Assembly: GCA_036677375.1 (NCBI GenBank)
Contig: JAVBWO010000012.1
Span: 103,995-167,994, forward strand
Length of the DNA: 64,000 bases
Source: Bacillota bacterium
GTDB lineage: Bacteria > Bacillota > Dehalobacteriia > UBA4068 > UBA4997
Direction: 5' to 3'
A model generated the notes under the pieces. That model searched no databases, was not told where the DNA came from, and was given only the letters and a program-made list of their open reading frames with translations. Every line of letters starts with the position of its first letter. Within the stretch, counting starts at the first letter, position 1. The translations under genes were made by a program, and so were the position numbers. Shown one piece after another: positions 29,321 through 39,564 of this stretch.

Positions 29321-31003
29321 TTACTTTCCGGAGGTCAGTACCATTTCATGCAAGCCCATACCAGATAAAACCATGGGATAAACCAGCTCTTCGGGCGAGA
29401 TAACACATTCGATCAAAGTAGCTTTATCATTAGCAAAAGCAGCTTTTAAAGCGCCGTCCACCTCTTCTTTTTGACTGATACGGCAGGTTTCCATATCATA
29501 GGCCACGGCCAGCTTGATAAAATCGGGGTTTCCATCCAGGTCAATGCCGAAATAATTGCCGTCGTTGGCAAAATACTGCAACTGCCTTACCATGCCTAAG
29601 GAGCTGTTGTTGAATACAACGAATTTGATGGGCAGATGATTGGCTCTGGCAGTGGCAAGCTCGTTCATGGTCATTTGAAAACCGCCGTCGCCGGCAATAC
29701 AGATGACCAAATCCTCCGGCGCGGCCAATTGCGCACCTACTGCCGCCGGAACGCCATAGCCCATGGTCCCCAAACCACCGGAGCTGATAAAACCATGCTT
29801 ACGGCAGGCGCTGTACATCTGGGCCGCCACCATCTGGTGCTGTCCCACGTCCGTTACGACAATGGCCTTTCCCTGGGTAAGGGCAAAAATACGGGAAACC
29901 ACATAACGCATGGTTAAGATATCGGTATCGCTGACGGCATAGGCTTGCTTTTGCATGGGCTTCCAGGCTTCCACCTGGGCCAACCATTCCGGATGCCGGC
30001 AGGGTTTAAGCAATTTCAGCATATCCTGGATGACCAAGCCGGCGTCGCCCACGATGGGCACTTTCACCGTGATATTCTTGCCGATCTCCGCCGGGTCGAT
30101 ATCGATATGGATGATGGTGGCCTGGGGTGCAAATTTTTCTACCGACATGGTGACTCTGTCGTCAAAGCGACAGCCGACGGCCAAAAGAACGTCACAATTG
30201 CTTACCGCCATATTAGCCACCGGGGAACCGTGCATACCAAGCATGCCCATATACAGACTGTTTTGATAAGGAAAAGATCCTTTCCCCATCAGGGTAACGG
30301 TCACAGGCGCGTTAAGGATCTCGGCCAGTGCCAAAAGTTCTACTTCCGCACCGGCATGAGTGATACCGCCGCCGGCATAAATCACCGGACGTTCGGCTTT
30401 TTGCAGCAATTCGCAGGCGCTCTTAATCTGCGCGCCGTGGCCGCGGTAATTTGGCTTGTAGCCAGGCAAATCAATGGTGCCGGGAATCGTCGCAGTACAG
30501 GAGGCATCCGCCACATCCCGGGGAATATCCACCAAGACCGGGCCGGGACGGCCCGTTCCTGCAATATGAAAAGCTTCTTTCATGATGCGGGGAATGTCGT
30601 TGGGGTCGGTAACCATATAATTATGCTTGGTAATCGGTTTGGTGATGCCGGTGATATCGATCTCCTGAAAAGCATCGGTCCCCACCAAACCGGAAGCTAC
30701 CTGCCCCGTAATGGCCACTACAGGAATGGAATCCATATAAGCGGTGGCTAGGCCTGTTACCAGATTGGTGGCTCCTGGGCCCGAGGTGGCAAGGCAAACC
30801 GCCGGTTTTCCGGTCACTCTGGCGTAACCAGAAGCGATATGAACGGCGCCCTGTTCGGTGCGGGTCAGAATATGCCTGATCTTTGATTGTCTTAAAGCCT
30901 GGTAAAGTCCTAAAACAGCACCGCCCGGATAGCCGAAGATCATTTCGATATTTTCTTCTTCCAGGCAGCGGATGACTGCTTCCGCTCCATTCATATGCCG
31001 CAC
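29321..31003 (-). CDS. ilvB: acetolactate synthase large subunit
   Basis: 560 aa TPP enzyme with N-terminal, central and TPP-binding domains (GDGGFQM). Confidence 0.92.
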   Translation of the reverse strand: MRHMNGAEAVIRCLEEENIEMIFGYPGGAVLGLYQALRQSKIRHILTRTEQGAVHIASGYARVTGKPAVCLATSGPGATNLVTGLATAYMDSIPVVAITGQVASGLVGTDAFQEIDITGITKPITKHNYMVTDPNDIPRIMKEAFHIAGTGRPGPVLVDIPRDVADASCTATIPGTIDLPGYKPNYRGHGAQIKSACELLQKAERPVIYAGGGITHAGAEVELLALAEILNAPVTVTLMGKGSFPYQNSLYMGMLGMHGSPVANMAVSNCDVLLAVGCRFDDRVTMSVEKFAPQATIIHIDIDPAEIGKNITVKVPIVGDAGLVIQDMLKLLKPCRHPEWLAQVEAWKPMQKQAYAVSDTDILTMRYVVSRIFALTQGKAIVVTDVGQHQMVAAQMYSACRKHGFISSGGLGTMGYGVPAAVGAQLAAPEDLVICIAGDGGFQMTMNELATARANHLPIKFVVFNNSSLGMVRQLQYFANDGNYFGIDLDGNPDFIKLAVAYDMETCRISQKEEVDGALKAAFANDKATLIECVISPEELVYPMVLSGMGLHEMVLTSGK

Positions 31004-31007
31004 CTCC

Positions 31008-31499
31008 CTACTCTAAATTACTTTTATAGCCACGCACCATGGCGATCTGCCCGGTGCGCACGACCTCACGGATCCCGTAAGGCCGCATGGCTTCTTCAAT
31101 GGCGTCCAGCTTTTTGCGGTCGCCGGTGGCTTCGATGATCAGGCTTTTCTTACTGACGTCTACGATCTTGCAGCGGAAAATATCCACCATCTGCATAATC
31201 TCATTGCGCTGGGAAACGGTAGCGTTGACTTTGATCAGCACCAGTTCCCGGTCAACCATTTCTTCTTCCGTGATATTGCTGACCTTGATCACCTCTACCA
31301 ATTTATGCAGCTGCTTGGTCACCTGCTCAATGATACGGTCATCCCCTTCCACCACGATGGTCATGCGGGAGATATCCTTCCTTTCGGTGGTACCCACAGC
31401 TAGGCTGTCGATATTATAGCCGCGGCGGCTGAACATACCGGCTACCCGGGCCAAAACCCCTGCCCTGTTTTCTACTAAAACCGATAGAGTGTGACGCAT
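31008..31499 (-). CDS. ilvN: acetolactate synthase small (regulatory) subunit
   Basis: ACT domain MRHTLSVLVENRAGVLARVAGMFSRRGYNI plus the ALS_ss_C domain. Confidence 0.9.
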   Translation of the reverse strand: MRHTLSVLVENRAGVLARVAGMFSRRGYNIDSLAVGTTERKDISRMTIVVEGDDRIIEQVTKQLHKLVEVIKVSNITEEEMVDRELVLIKVNATVSQRNEIMQMVDIFRCKIVDVSKKSLIIEATGDRKKLDAIEEAMRPYGIREVVRTGQIAMVRGYKSNLE

Positions 31500-31537
31500 G
31501 AGAATTCCTCCTAAACCTTACTTCACTTTCTTTTGCT

Positions 31538-33199
31538 TTATTTAACGGTAATAGCCCCGGTGGAAGCGGAGGTGACCCGGCCGGCATATTTGGCCAGATA
31601 GCCTTTGGTTACTTTGGGCGCCGGGCAGACCCAGGCAGCCTTTCTTTTAGCAATTTCCTCCTCAGAGACCAGTAATTCCAATTTGCCGTTTTCGATATCA
31701 ATGGAAATCAGATCCCCTTCTTCGATCAAGCCGATGAGGCCGCCTTCGGCGGCTTCCGGAGAAATGTGACCGATAGAAGCGCCGCGGGTGGCGCCGGAGA
31801 AACGTCCGTCGGTAATGAGGGCAACGGAAGAACCAAGCCCCATGCCTTGTACGGCGGAGGTAGGCGTCAACATTTCCCGCATACCGGGGCCGCCCTTGGG
31901 TCCTTCGTAACGGATGACCACTACGTCGCCTGAGACGATCTTGCCGTTCATGATGGCGTCATCCGCTTCTTCTTCCCCGTCGAATACCCGGGCGGGGCCT
32001 TGATGCAGCAGCATTTCCGGAGCCACGGCGGCTTTTTTCACCACGGCGCCGTCCGGAGCCAGGTTGCCCCGTAAAATGGCCAAGCTGCCTTTTTGGCTGT
32101 AAGCCGTTTCTTTGCTGCGGATCACGTCGGGGTTCAATATTTTTGCATTAGCGATATTCTCTTTGATGGTCTTCCCGGTAACGGTGGGAAGAGAAGTATC
32201 CACAAGACCCAGCCGATCCAGTTCGGCCATTAAAGCAGGCAACCCGCCGGCGGCGTCCAAGTCCTCCACATGATGGGTCCCTGCGGGAGCCAGCTTGCAA
32301 AGATGGGGTGTAATGGCGCCGATCTCATTGATCATGTCCAAATTGATTTCTATCCCTGCCTCATGGGCAATGGCGGGCAGGTGCAAAACGGTATTGGTGG
32401 AACAACCCAAGGCATTGTCTGCCACCAAAGCATTGCGGAAAGCGGCGGCAGTCAAAATCCTGGAGGGCCGGATATCCTTCCGTAAAACCTCCATGACTTG
32501 CATGCCGGCGACTTTAGCCAGGCGGATGCGGGCGGCGGAAATCGCGGGAATCGTACCATTGCCGGGAAGGCCCAGGCCAAGAATCTCCGTCATACAGTTC
32601 ATGGAATTGGCGGTAAACATCCCGGAGCAGGAACCGCAGCCGGGGCAGGCATTTTCCTCCACGTCACATAGCTCTTCTGTGCCAATCTTGCCGGCGCTGT
32701 AAGCGCCCACCGCTTCAAATACCGAATTTAAATCCAAAGTCTCACCCTTAGAATGTCCGGTAAGCATAGGGCCGCCGGAAACAAAGACACAGGGCAAATC
32801 CAGACGAGCCGCAGCCATCAGCATGCCGGGCACGATCTTATCACAGTTGGGGATAAACACCAAAGCATCAAAAGCATGAGCCAAAGCCATGACTTCCGCA
32901 GAGTCGGCAATCAGTTCCCGGCTGGCCAAAGAATACTTCATGCCTATGTGTCCCATGGCAATGCCGTCGCAGACCGCAATGGCCGGAAATTCCATAGGCG
33001 TACCGCCCGCCAAGCGAACGCCCGCTTTGACCGCTTCGGCGATCTGCCGCAAATGGATATGACCCGGCACCACTTCGTTGAAAGAATTAACGATCCCAAC
33101 TAGGGGACGTTCCATTTCCTCTTTGGTGAGACCCAAAGCATATAACAGGGAACGCTGCGGCGCCCGCACAAAACCGTCTTTCATGACACTACTTTTCAT
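31538..33199 (-). CDS. ilvD: dihydroxy-acid dehydratase
   Basis: 553 aa. ILVD/EDD motifs [12 protein letters not shown] and SGGPM. Confidence 0.93.
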   Translation of the reverse strand: MKSSVMKDGFVRAPQRSLLYALGLTKEEMERPLVGIVNSFNEVVPGHIHLRQIAEAVKAGVRLAGGTPMEFPAIAVCDGIAMGHIGMKYSLASRELIADSAEVMALAHAFDALVFIPNCDKIVPGMLMAAARLDLPCVFVSGGPMLTGHSKGETLDLNSVFEAVGAYSAGKIGTEELCDVEENACPGCGSCSGMFTANSMNCMTEILGLGLPGNGTIPAISAARIRLAKVAGMQVMEVLRKDIRPSRILTAAAFRNALVADNALGCSTNTVLHLPAIAHEAGIEINLDMINEIGAITPHLCKLAPAGTHHVEDLDAAGGLPALMAELDRLGLVDTSLPTVTGKTIKENIANAKILNPDVIRSKETAYSQKGSLAILRGNLAPDGAVVKKAAVAPEMLLHQGPARVFDGEEEADDAIMNGKIVSGDVVVIRYEGPKGGPGMREMLTPTSAVQGMGLGSSVALITDGRFSGATRGASIGHISPEAAEGGLIGLIEEGDLISIDIENGKLELLVSEEEIAKRKAAWVCPAPKVTKGYLAKYAGRVTSASTGAITVK

Positions 33200-33251
33200 T
33201 GTTTTCCCCTCACTTTATGTAAATTAAAAACGCTTATAAATCCTAAACAAC

Positions 33252-33725
33252 TTATAATTCCTTCATCATCGCGACTTCGTCGCAATTGGGGAATTTGGGA
33301 CAGTTGATGCATTCCGTCCACACCTTTTGCGGCAATAACTTGTTGTCGATCTTTTGAAACCCTACCGAACGGAAAAAATCCTCCTGATAGGTTAAGGCAA
33401 ACAATTTGGGAATCCCTAATTCTCTGGCCTCTTCTTCCAGCTTTTCCACAATATTTTTGCCGATGCCGATGTGATGGTAGTCTCCGTGTACTGCTAGGGA
33501 ACGCACCTCAGCCAAATCGGACCACAGGATATGCAGACCACCGACCCCCACTACTGTTTGATTTTCTTCAGCCACCACATATTCCCGCAAATTGTCATAA
33601 ATGGCAATCAACGGTTTAGCCAGCATCAAGCCACGTTCGGCGAAGCCGTTGATCAGCTTGTGGATCTCCGGGACATCGACCATCTTCGCTTTCCGATAGA
33701 TCATGGCAATACGCTCCTTAATCAT
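33252..33725 (-). CDS. GNAT family N-acetyltransferase (ArgA-short-like) with C-terminal Cys cluster
   Basis: Acetyl-CoA binding region (VAVHGDYHHIGIGKNIV) and C-terminal CxNCPxFxNC. First gene of the apparent ilv transcription unit. Confidence 0.65.
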   Translation of the reverse strand: MIKERIAMIYRKAKMVDVPEIHKLINGFAERGLMLAKPLIAIYDNLREYVVAEENQTVVGVGGLHILWSDLAEVRSLAVHGDYHHIGIGKNIVEKLEEEARELGIPKLFALTYQEDFFRSVGFQKIDNKLLPQKVWTECINCPKFPNCDEVAMMKEL

Positions 33726-33897
33726 TGGACATGTTCCCTTAAACTCGAGCTTCCCGTTTCATGCTGCTTTGTACCGAACCAAGCGCTCTTTGGCAGAAGA
33801 CTGCCTGTTTCAAGAGAAAACTGATATATGGTACAAAAACAGTACGGGGAAACGGGCATAAACCAGTCAAGCGAACATACCACAGCATTATCCTTGT

Positions 33898-33926
33898 ATT
33901 ATAGCAAAAGTAAGGAGGTATTACAA
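33898..33926 (-). promoter_or_regulatory. candidate sigma70 promoter (TTGTAA-17-TATAAT) for the GNAT-ilvDNB unit
   Basis: Minus-strand TTGTAAtacctccttacttttgcTATAAT, about 170 nt upstream of the GNAT start. Confidence 0.45.
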
Positions 33927-33952
33927 CTAGAGAAGCAGGCAAAAGAAGGTCT

Positions 33953-34975
33953 TTATCGGCAAAAATAGCAAACGGGGTATTTGCATACCTTACAGCCCCG
34001 GCACATGCCGCCTTCTCCCATAGCCGCAAAATCTTTTTTCGTCATTTCCACGCCCGCAAAAATCCGGGGCAAGATGACATCTAAGACCGTGGTGCGGAAA
34101 AACATGGCGCAGCCCGGCACCCCCACCAAAGCCGTTTCCCCCAAATAAGCCAGCATCGCCATATTGCCCGGCTGCACCGGCGCCCCATAGGTCACGACGT
34201 GAGCACCGCTTTGCGCGATGGCGGTGGGCGTCAAATCGTCCGGATCAACGGACATGCCGCCTGTTAAAATAATCAATTGAGCGCCTCGGTCCAGGTAGTC
34301 CCGGATCGCGGCGTTGATTTGGGTAAGATCATCGGGGCAAAGGGTCTGGCCTAAGAATTTGCCGCCATAGAATTTGATCTTCTCCTTGATCACCGGACCG
34401 AATTTATCCTCGATCCTGCCTTTATACACCTCACTGCCGGTGGTGACAACGCCGCAGGACAGGGTCTGATAGGGCAGCACATTGAATACTCTCTTTTCTT
34501 CCTTGGCCGCCAGTTCTTCCACTTCCAACAGCGCCTTTTCCGGCACCATGAGAGGCACGACCCGCACACCGGCCAGTTTCTGCCCTTTTTCCACATGATA
34601 AAAACCGGGCAGACTCGCCATAGTGACATAATCGATCAGGTTCATTTCGGCAAATACCGGAGAATTCACGGTAAAAAGACCTCTTTGCTCCGCGTATAAA
34701 TTGATTTTGCCTTCCGTAGGCTCATCATAGCTGATATTTTCTCCCGCGGTGGCTTGGGCCAGGCGGGAAGCCGCCTCGTTCTCATGCAGGAAATCTGGCT
34801 CAGGCTCCCAAACATAGATATTTTCTTTCCCGATGGAAAGCAGAACGGGAATGTCTTCTTCCGTAATAATATGGCCCTTTTTAAAGATAGCGCCTTTGAA
34901 GCCGTCGGGGATGATCTGGGTCATATCCTGGCACAATACCGTGCCGATGCTTTGTTCTACCGGAATACTTTTCAT
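33953..34975 (-). CDS. molybdopterin-binding (MoCF_biosynth/MoeA-CinA-like domain) protein with C-terminal Cys-rich tail
   Basis: GGMSVDPDD-type MoCF-binding motif. C-terminal CRGCKVCKYPVCYFCR. Last gene of the yqeC-mocA-yqeB-xdhC cluster. Confidence 0.5.
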   Translation of the reverse strand: MKSIPVEQSIGTVLCQDMTQIIPDGFKGAIFKKGHIITEEDIPVLLSIGKENIYVWEPEPDFLHENEAASRLAQATAGENISYDEPTEGKINLYAEQRGLFTVNSPVFAEMNLIDYVTMASLPGFYHVEKGQKLAGVRVVPLMVPEKALLEVEELAAKEEKRVFNVLPYQTLSCGVVTTGSEVYKGRIEDKFGPVIKEKIKFYGGKFLGQTLCPDDLTQINAAIRDYLDRGAQLIILTGGMSVDPDDLTPTAIAQSGAHVVTYGAPVQPGNMAMLAYLGETALVGVPGCAMFFRTTVLDVILPRIFAGVEMTKKDFAAMGEGGMCRGCKVCKYPVCYFCR

Positions 34976-36025
34976 TTATTTTTCCTCCTTGCGCAAGGTA
35001 ACGGGATCCAGGAACAGTTCGACGATGCCGCCGCAGACCATACCGTCCTCAGCTGCGTTTTTTCCTGTGATATCCACTTTCAGGTATCGGGGCTTCCCTG
35101 TATCCAGAGCCGTCAGGGCCTGCCGCCGCACTTCCGCCTCTACACAACCGCCGCCAATGGTATCGATACAGGTTCCGTCCGCCAATACCAGCATTTTAGT
35201 ACCGGCATCCCGGGGCGCGGAACCCTGCCGCCTGGTAATGGTCACCATGGTTTTGGGCATATCGGCAAAGGTTTCCTCTTGCAAGGCTTTTATAATCTCT
35301 TTGGGAATTTTACCGGCTTGAGATCCTTTATTTTTCTCAGCAATGATCTCCGCAAAAATGCTAATGGAGATTTCTTCCGGCGTTTCCGCCCCAATCTTCA
35401 GACCGATGGGACTATGGATACTGTTGACAAAGTCTTCCGCAAAACCCTCTGCGATCATGGCTTTTTTGACCAGAGCAACCCTGTTTTTGCTGCCGATCAT
35501 GCCAATATAGGCATGGGCTTTTCCCATGACCTGCCGGAGGCATATCTGGTCATACTGATGCCCCCTGGTCACAATGACGAAGTAATTGCCGGAGCTTTCC
35601 GGGACAGAAGCCAGCGCCTCCGTAAAATCCTGACACAATACCTGATCCGCCATGGGAAAGCGCTGAGTATTGGCAAAACTCTGCCGGTCGTCAATGATGG
35701 TGACTTCAAAACCCAGCATCTTACCGATTTGCGCCACCGGCAGCGAGACATGCCCGCCGCCGCATATGATGAGCCTGGGAGTGCCACCCAGGATCTCGGC
35801 AAAAATAACACTGTCTTCCACCTGAATCAAGCTTGGTTTTTTGACTTCAACCAAATAGGGTGCCGCTTTTTGCCAAAAATCGGCATTTGTACCCTCTACC
35901 ATATGACCGTTTTGCCTGTAAACGGACTTTCCCCCCAAAAGTTCCGGCTTTCCTTTGACGATGGTAGCCAAAACCAGCGGCTCTTTTTCCGCCCAAGCCG
36001 CCACTTTGGTATAAAATTGTTCCAT
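34976..36025 (-). CDS. xdhC: XdhC/CoxI family molybdenum hydroxylase accessory protein
   Basis: XdhC_CoxI N-domain, Rossmann-like XdhC_C (RLIICGGGHVSLPVAQ) and a second XdhC_CoxI-like segment. Confidence 0.7.
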   Translation of the reverse strand: MEQFYTKVAAWAEKEPLVLATIVKGKPELLGGKSVYRQNGHMVEGTNADFWQKAAPYLVEVKKPSLIQVEDSVIFAEILGGTPRLIICGGGHVSLPVAQIGKMLGFEVTIIDDRQSFANTQRFPMADQVLCQDFTEALASVPESSGNYFVIVTRGHQYDQICLRQVMGKAHAYIGMIGSKNRVALVKKAMIAEGFAEDFVNSIHSPIGLKIGAETPEEISISIFAEIIAEKNKGSQAGKIPKEIIKALQEETFADMPKTMVTITRRQGSAPRDAGTKMLVLADGTCIDTIGGGCVEAEVRRQALTALDTGKPRYLKVDITGKNAAEDGMVCGGIVELFLDPVTLRKEEK

Positions 36026-36042
36026 ACCTGTATCCTCCCTAA

Positions 36043-36831
36043 TTAATGCCTGGCCAGAAGCTTGTCCAAGGCCTCCAGCACACCGCCGCCGATGGCGCGG
36101 GCTTTATCCGAAACGGAAAAACAGTGTTCCACTTGACAGCGGGGATCAATATCTCCGATCTTCATGCCTTTTTCCACCATGAGCCCTTCCTGCAAGATCC
36201 CCCTTAATACCCCATCAATGGCCGCATAGACCGGAGCATCTTCTACATAAGCCAGGATCTCGTTGGCTTTGACTATATCGCCAATCTTTTTCTCGGGCCG
36301 AAAGAACCCATCCTTGGGCGCTTGAACCAGCCGTTCTATGGCATAGCCGCCCACATTGCCCGGAATACCGGTATTGGGCGCCGCTTCGCCTTGCCAAATC
36401 ACTCTGCCAAGGTGATGCCCCCGCTGAGTTTCCACCACGGCATGAGCGTCGACGCCAGCCGTAAAGCCGGGCCCCAGGGCAATGACCGCCTTGGCCTGAT
36501 GGAGGGAAGTTCCCAGATTCTTCTTGGCCAGTATAGCGTCTACCAAGCCGGAGAATTCTATTTGCTCTAAGATTCTAGCCGCGGGGTCAATAATAACAGG
36601 AACATGGCCGGCAGCCAAAACCACTTCAATTTCCGCGATATTTTTCGTCAAAATTCCTTTATGTCCTTCCACCCGGGTCTCCCCATCATAGACTGCCTGA
36701 GCAAAAGCTACCGTGCGCCGAATGACGGTGGGTTCGGCAATCTCGGTCATGACCACCTGATAGCCCGCGTTCAAAAGGCGGCAAGCCACACCGGTTGCCA
36801 GATCCCCCGCCCCTTTGATCAAAATCCTCAT
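36043..36831 (-). CDS. yqeB: selenium-dependent molybdenum hydroxylase system protein, YqeB family
   Basis: 262 aa. N-terminus MRILIKGAGDLATGVACRLLNAGYQVVMTE...PTVIRRTVAFAQAV matches my recollection of E. coli YqeB. Co-clustered with yqeC, xdhC and mocA. Confidence 0.6.
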   Translation of the reverse strand: MRILIKGAGDLATGVACRLLNAGYQVVMTEIAEPTVIRRTVAFAQAVYDGETRVEGHKGILTKNIAEIEVVLAAGHVPVIIDPAARILEQIEFSGLVDAILAKKNLGTSLHQAKAVIALGPGFTAGVDAHAVVETQRGHHLGRVIWQGEAAPNTGIPGNVGGYAIERLVQAPKDGFFRPEKKIGDIVKANEILAYVEDAPVYAAIDGVLRGILQEGLMVEKGMKIGDIDPRCQVEHCFSVSDKARAIGGGVLEALDKLLARH

Positions 36832-37003
36832 ATCGTCCCCTCTTTCTGTGTATCAGTACCATTTACCGGATTACCTGTTTGTATGCAAGCTTTCTTTGTC
36901 ATAGCGATTCCTTTGTTTAAAAAAAACGCCTCTTGGGGTTTCCAACATAGTTTTTAATGATGAAGCCCTCACCATTTTTTATTTTTGCGCTGCCTGGGCA
37001 ATT

Positions 37004-37630
37004 CTATGCCTGACACCCCTTGGGGATTCCGGGGAAAGCTGTTGTCCCCCGAATCTCTGCATTTTTCCATTTTTCATATTCTTCCGGCGTATCGATATCG
37101 ATGACCACACCGGGATCATCCACCGGTACCAGGATATGCGAATGCCGGTGGAACAATTCTCTTGCTCCGGTATCTCCTTTAAGCTCTCTTAATTCCGGCA
37201 GCAAATCGGCAGCAAATAAAACGGGATTGCCTCGCCGGCCTTGGTATACCGGAGCCACCAGAGGAATACTGTTTTCTTGATAGACATCAATGATGCGATT
37301 GACCGTTTCTTTTTGCAAAAGCGGCACATCCCCCAAACAAAAGAGGATTCCTTGGCATTCCGGTGCAAGCTGAGCCAAGCCCGCCTGAAGACTATGGCTC
37401 TGACCCATGGCATATTGGGGGCTGGCAATGATATTCCAGCCCGGCAAATTTTCCAGATGGCGCCAACGTCCCGCTTCATGCCCTAAAACCAGTATTTTTT
37501 GGGAAGCCTTGGTTTGAGACAGCATGGCAAGCGTGCTTTCCAAAACGGTAGAATGCCCCCAGGGCAGGGCCAGCTTGTTTGTGCCCATGCGGCGGGATTG
37601 TCCGGCAGCCAAAACGATCAATGAAATCAC
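37004..37630 (-). CDS. mocA: MobA-like NTP transferase (molybdenum cofactor cytidylyltransferase MocA-like)
   Basis: LIVLAAGQSRRMGTNKLALPW N-terminal motif of the MobA/MocA family. Confidence 0.7.
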   Translation of the reverse strand: MISLIVLAAGQSRRMGTNKLALPWGHSTVLESTLAMLSQTKASQKILVLGHEAGRWRHLENLPGWNIIASPQYAMGQSHSLQAGLAQLAPECQGILFCLGDVPLLQKETVNRIIDVYQENSIPLVAPVYQGRRGNPVLFAADLLPELRELKGDTGARELFHRHSHILVPVDDPGVVIDIDTPEEYEKWKNAEIRGTTAFPGIPKGCQA

Positions 37631-38394
37631 TTTTTATCCTCCCACATCTGTCTTACAAGGGGTTCATTTTGCGCCGTAGTGACCAAAACTTTCTTGATGC
37701 CGCGCCGCAAAAGCAGGGGCGCCATTTTAGCGGCTAAATCCAAACGCTCCCGGTTATCCGCTTTGTTTAAGCACACCACAAGTTCCGAATGAGGCGCTCT
37801 TCCTTTCAAGCCGCCCATTGGTGAAGTCAAGACATCGGCGGCTAATTCCGGTGTAATAAAATCCCCCAGCTTCTTGCCGCTGATGGCCGCAATTCTTTCC
37901 GGCCGGTGGCAGAAATCAGCCGATAGCGGTTGTCCCAAAGCATCCAACCCAAATACCAGTACTTGGAGTCCGGTAAAAGGCGGTACCACAGGCTCATGCT
38001 CCGCCGGGGCTTTAAAAGGCAGTCCGGCCGCACCGTCCGCTTCCACCAAAACATAAGCGCCGTGATTCAACAGCTGTAAAAGAATCGCTTCCTCCGCCGG
38101 GAGCAATTTCCCATTAATGCCCACGCCCGGCGCCACAGTAATGACCTTCCCCTTTTTTAGGGCTCTTTCCGCCTCTTCCCTTAATTCGACGGCTTCTTTC
38201 CTGATAATCACAGCGTCCGCTTCCCAGGGTGCCGGCACCCAGATCCGTGTTGTGGTGGCAACAGCCACCATTTCCCCCTGTTCTTTCAATTCTCTTGCCA
38301 AACGCCACATGAGACTGGTCTTACCCCCGCCGCCGGTGAATGCAATCAGCGTGGGCGCGTCTAGTGCCAGACATTTTAAAAACGAGTGATTCAT
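37627..38394 (-). CDS. yqeC: selenium-dependent hydroxylase accessory protein YqeC family
   Basis: 255 aa with a P-loop-like GGGGKTS near the N-terminus. 4-nt overlap with mocA. Confidence 0.6.
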   Translation of the reverse strand: MNHSFLKCLALDAPTLIAFTGGGGKTSLMWRLARELKEQGEMVAVATTTRIWVPAPWEADAVIIRKEAVELREEAERALKKGKVITVAPGVGINGKLLPAEEAILLQLLNHGAYVLVEADGAAGLPFKAPAEHEPVVPPFTGLQVLVFGLDALGQPLSADFCHRPERIAAISGKKLGDFITPELAADVLTSPMGGLKGRAPHSELVVCLNKADNRERLDLAAKMAPLLLRRGIKKVLVTTAQNEPLVRQMWEDKK

Positions 38395-38747
38395 GATTTG
38401 GTTTCACCTCCTGAAAAATAGTCGTCAAAGGCCTTTTCAATGAAGTTACTGCATTCTTTATAGAATCCCTCATATTGCATCATAAGATTTTCCGCTTCCG
38501 GTGTCAAATGCGTCTCACCGCCGCCAATGCCTCCCGTATGGCTTGAAATCAGTTCGAAGCCCAGATTCCGGCTGAGTTTTTTCATCATGGTATGTGCCTG
38601 GCTGTAAGACATGTTTTGTTCCTTCGCAGCTTGGGCTAAAGAGCCGTACCGGCGGATTCCCTGTAGAAGATGATAAGGTCCAATGCCGAAAGCCTTGCCA
38701 CTTGTTTCAAGCCATAACTTGTAACGCAGCTTATACATAGAAAACAC
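38391..38747 (-). CDS. ModE-like winged-helix (molybdate-responsive regulator N-domain) protein
   Basis: 118 aa. GSLAQAAKEQNMSYSQAHTMMKKL...GGIGGGETHLT matches the ModE_N/TOBE-less HTH family. Confidence 0.7.
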   Translation of the reverse strand: MFSMYKLRYKLWLETSGKAFGIGPYHLLQGIRRYGSLAQAAKEQNMSYSQAHTMMKKLSRNLGFELISSHTGGIGGGETHLTPEAENLMMQYEGFYKECSNFIEKAFDDYFSGGETKS

Positions 38748-38819
38748 ATCCTCGATATTCTTATTTGAATATAACGGGGTTGGAAAAAAACTGCATCCGC
38801 ACGAATGCAGTTTTTATAT

Positions 38820-39512
38820 TTAACTTTCTTGTTTTTTGTCCCAGATATGAATAAAGGCATCCTTGCTTTGCAGGATATGGTTCCTGGCTACTGTTTCCGC
38901 CAATGATGCATCCCTATTTTCGATCGCCCGGTACAACTGTTCATGCTCTTCGTATGCCTGAATCCAATAATCTTTAATATAATAGCTCCTGAAAAGTTGA
39001 AGATATTCGGTATAATCGCATAAGAGCTGTTCTAAACGCTTGTTGCCACCCGCCGTATAAATGATCAAATGAAACTCACGGTGAAATCTCATTTCGCGGT
39101 CTCGGTCACCCGATTCCAGGCTGGTCCACATCTCATTCAAGATGGAACGGAGCCTTTTAATATCCTCAGGAGTGGCGTGCTGTACCATTAAATTGGCGGC
39201 ATACCCTTCCAGCAAAGCACACATTTCATAGAGGTCTGTGGCGTCCTTAGGCGTGATCTGCCGCACTTCCACTCCTCTGCGGCGGTAATGCTTCACCAGG
39301 CCTTCCGACTCCAATTTGCGTAATGCCTCCCGTACCGGCGTCCTGGAAGCATTGAGCCGTTTCGCCAGTTCTTCTTCCACCAGATGGACACCGGCCTGCA
39401 AACGCCCGCAAATGATGGCGCTGCGCATATACTGGTAGATCAACTCTCGCATGGGAATAAATTCACGTTCTGCAGCAAAATCTGTAAAATCGTCAAATAC
39501 ATTAAGAGTCAA
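38820..39512 (-). CDS. GntR family transcriptional regulator (FadR/FCD subfamily)
   Basis: N-terminal wHTH (LNASRTPVREALRKLESEGLV) plus a C-terminal FCD domain. Confidence 0.85.
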   Translation of the reverse strand: MTLNVFDDFTDFAAEREFIPMRELIYQYMRSAIICGRLQAGVHLVEEELAKRLNASRTPVREALRKLESEGLVKHYRRRGVEVRQITPKDATDLYEMCALLEGYAANLMVQHATPEDIKRLRSILNEMWTSLESGDRDREMRFHREFHLIIYTAGGNKRLEQLLCDYTEYLQLFRSYYIKDYWIQAYEEHEQLYRAIENRDASLAETVARNHILQSKDAFIHIWDKKQES

Positions 39513-39564
39513 CTGCCGACACCTCCTTAAAAATGAATCATATGCCTGAAAGGTTATAAAAAAA

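Noticed and set aside
33739-34029. 96-aa minus-strand ORF spanning the ilv leader as a possible leader peptide
   Set aside because: No RBS and no run of branched-chain codons. It overlaps the promoter and the 3' end of the upstream gene. Not a credible attenuation peptide.
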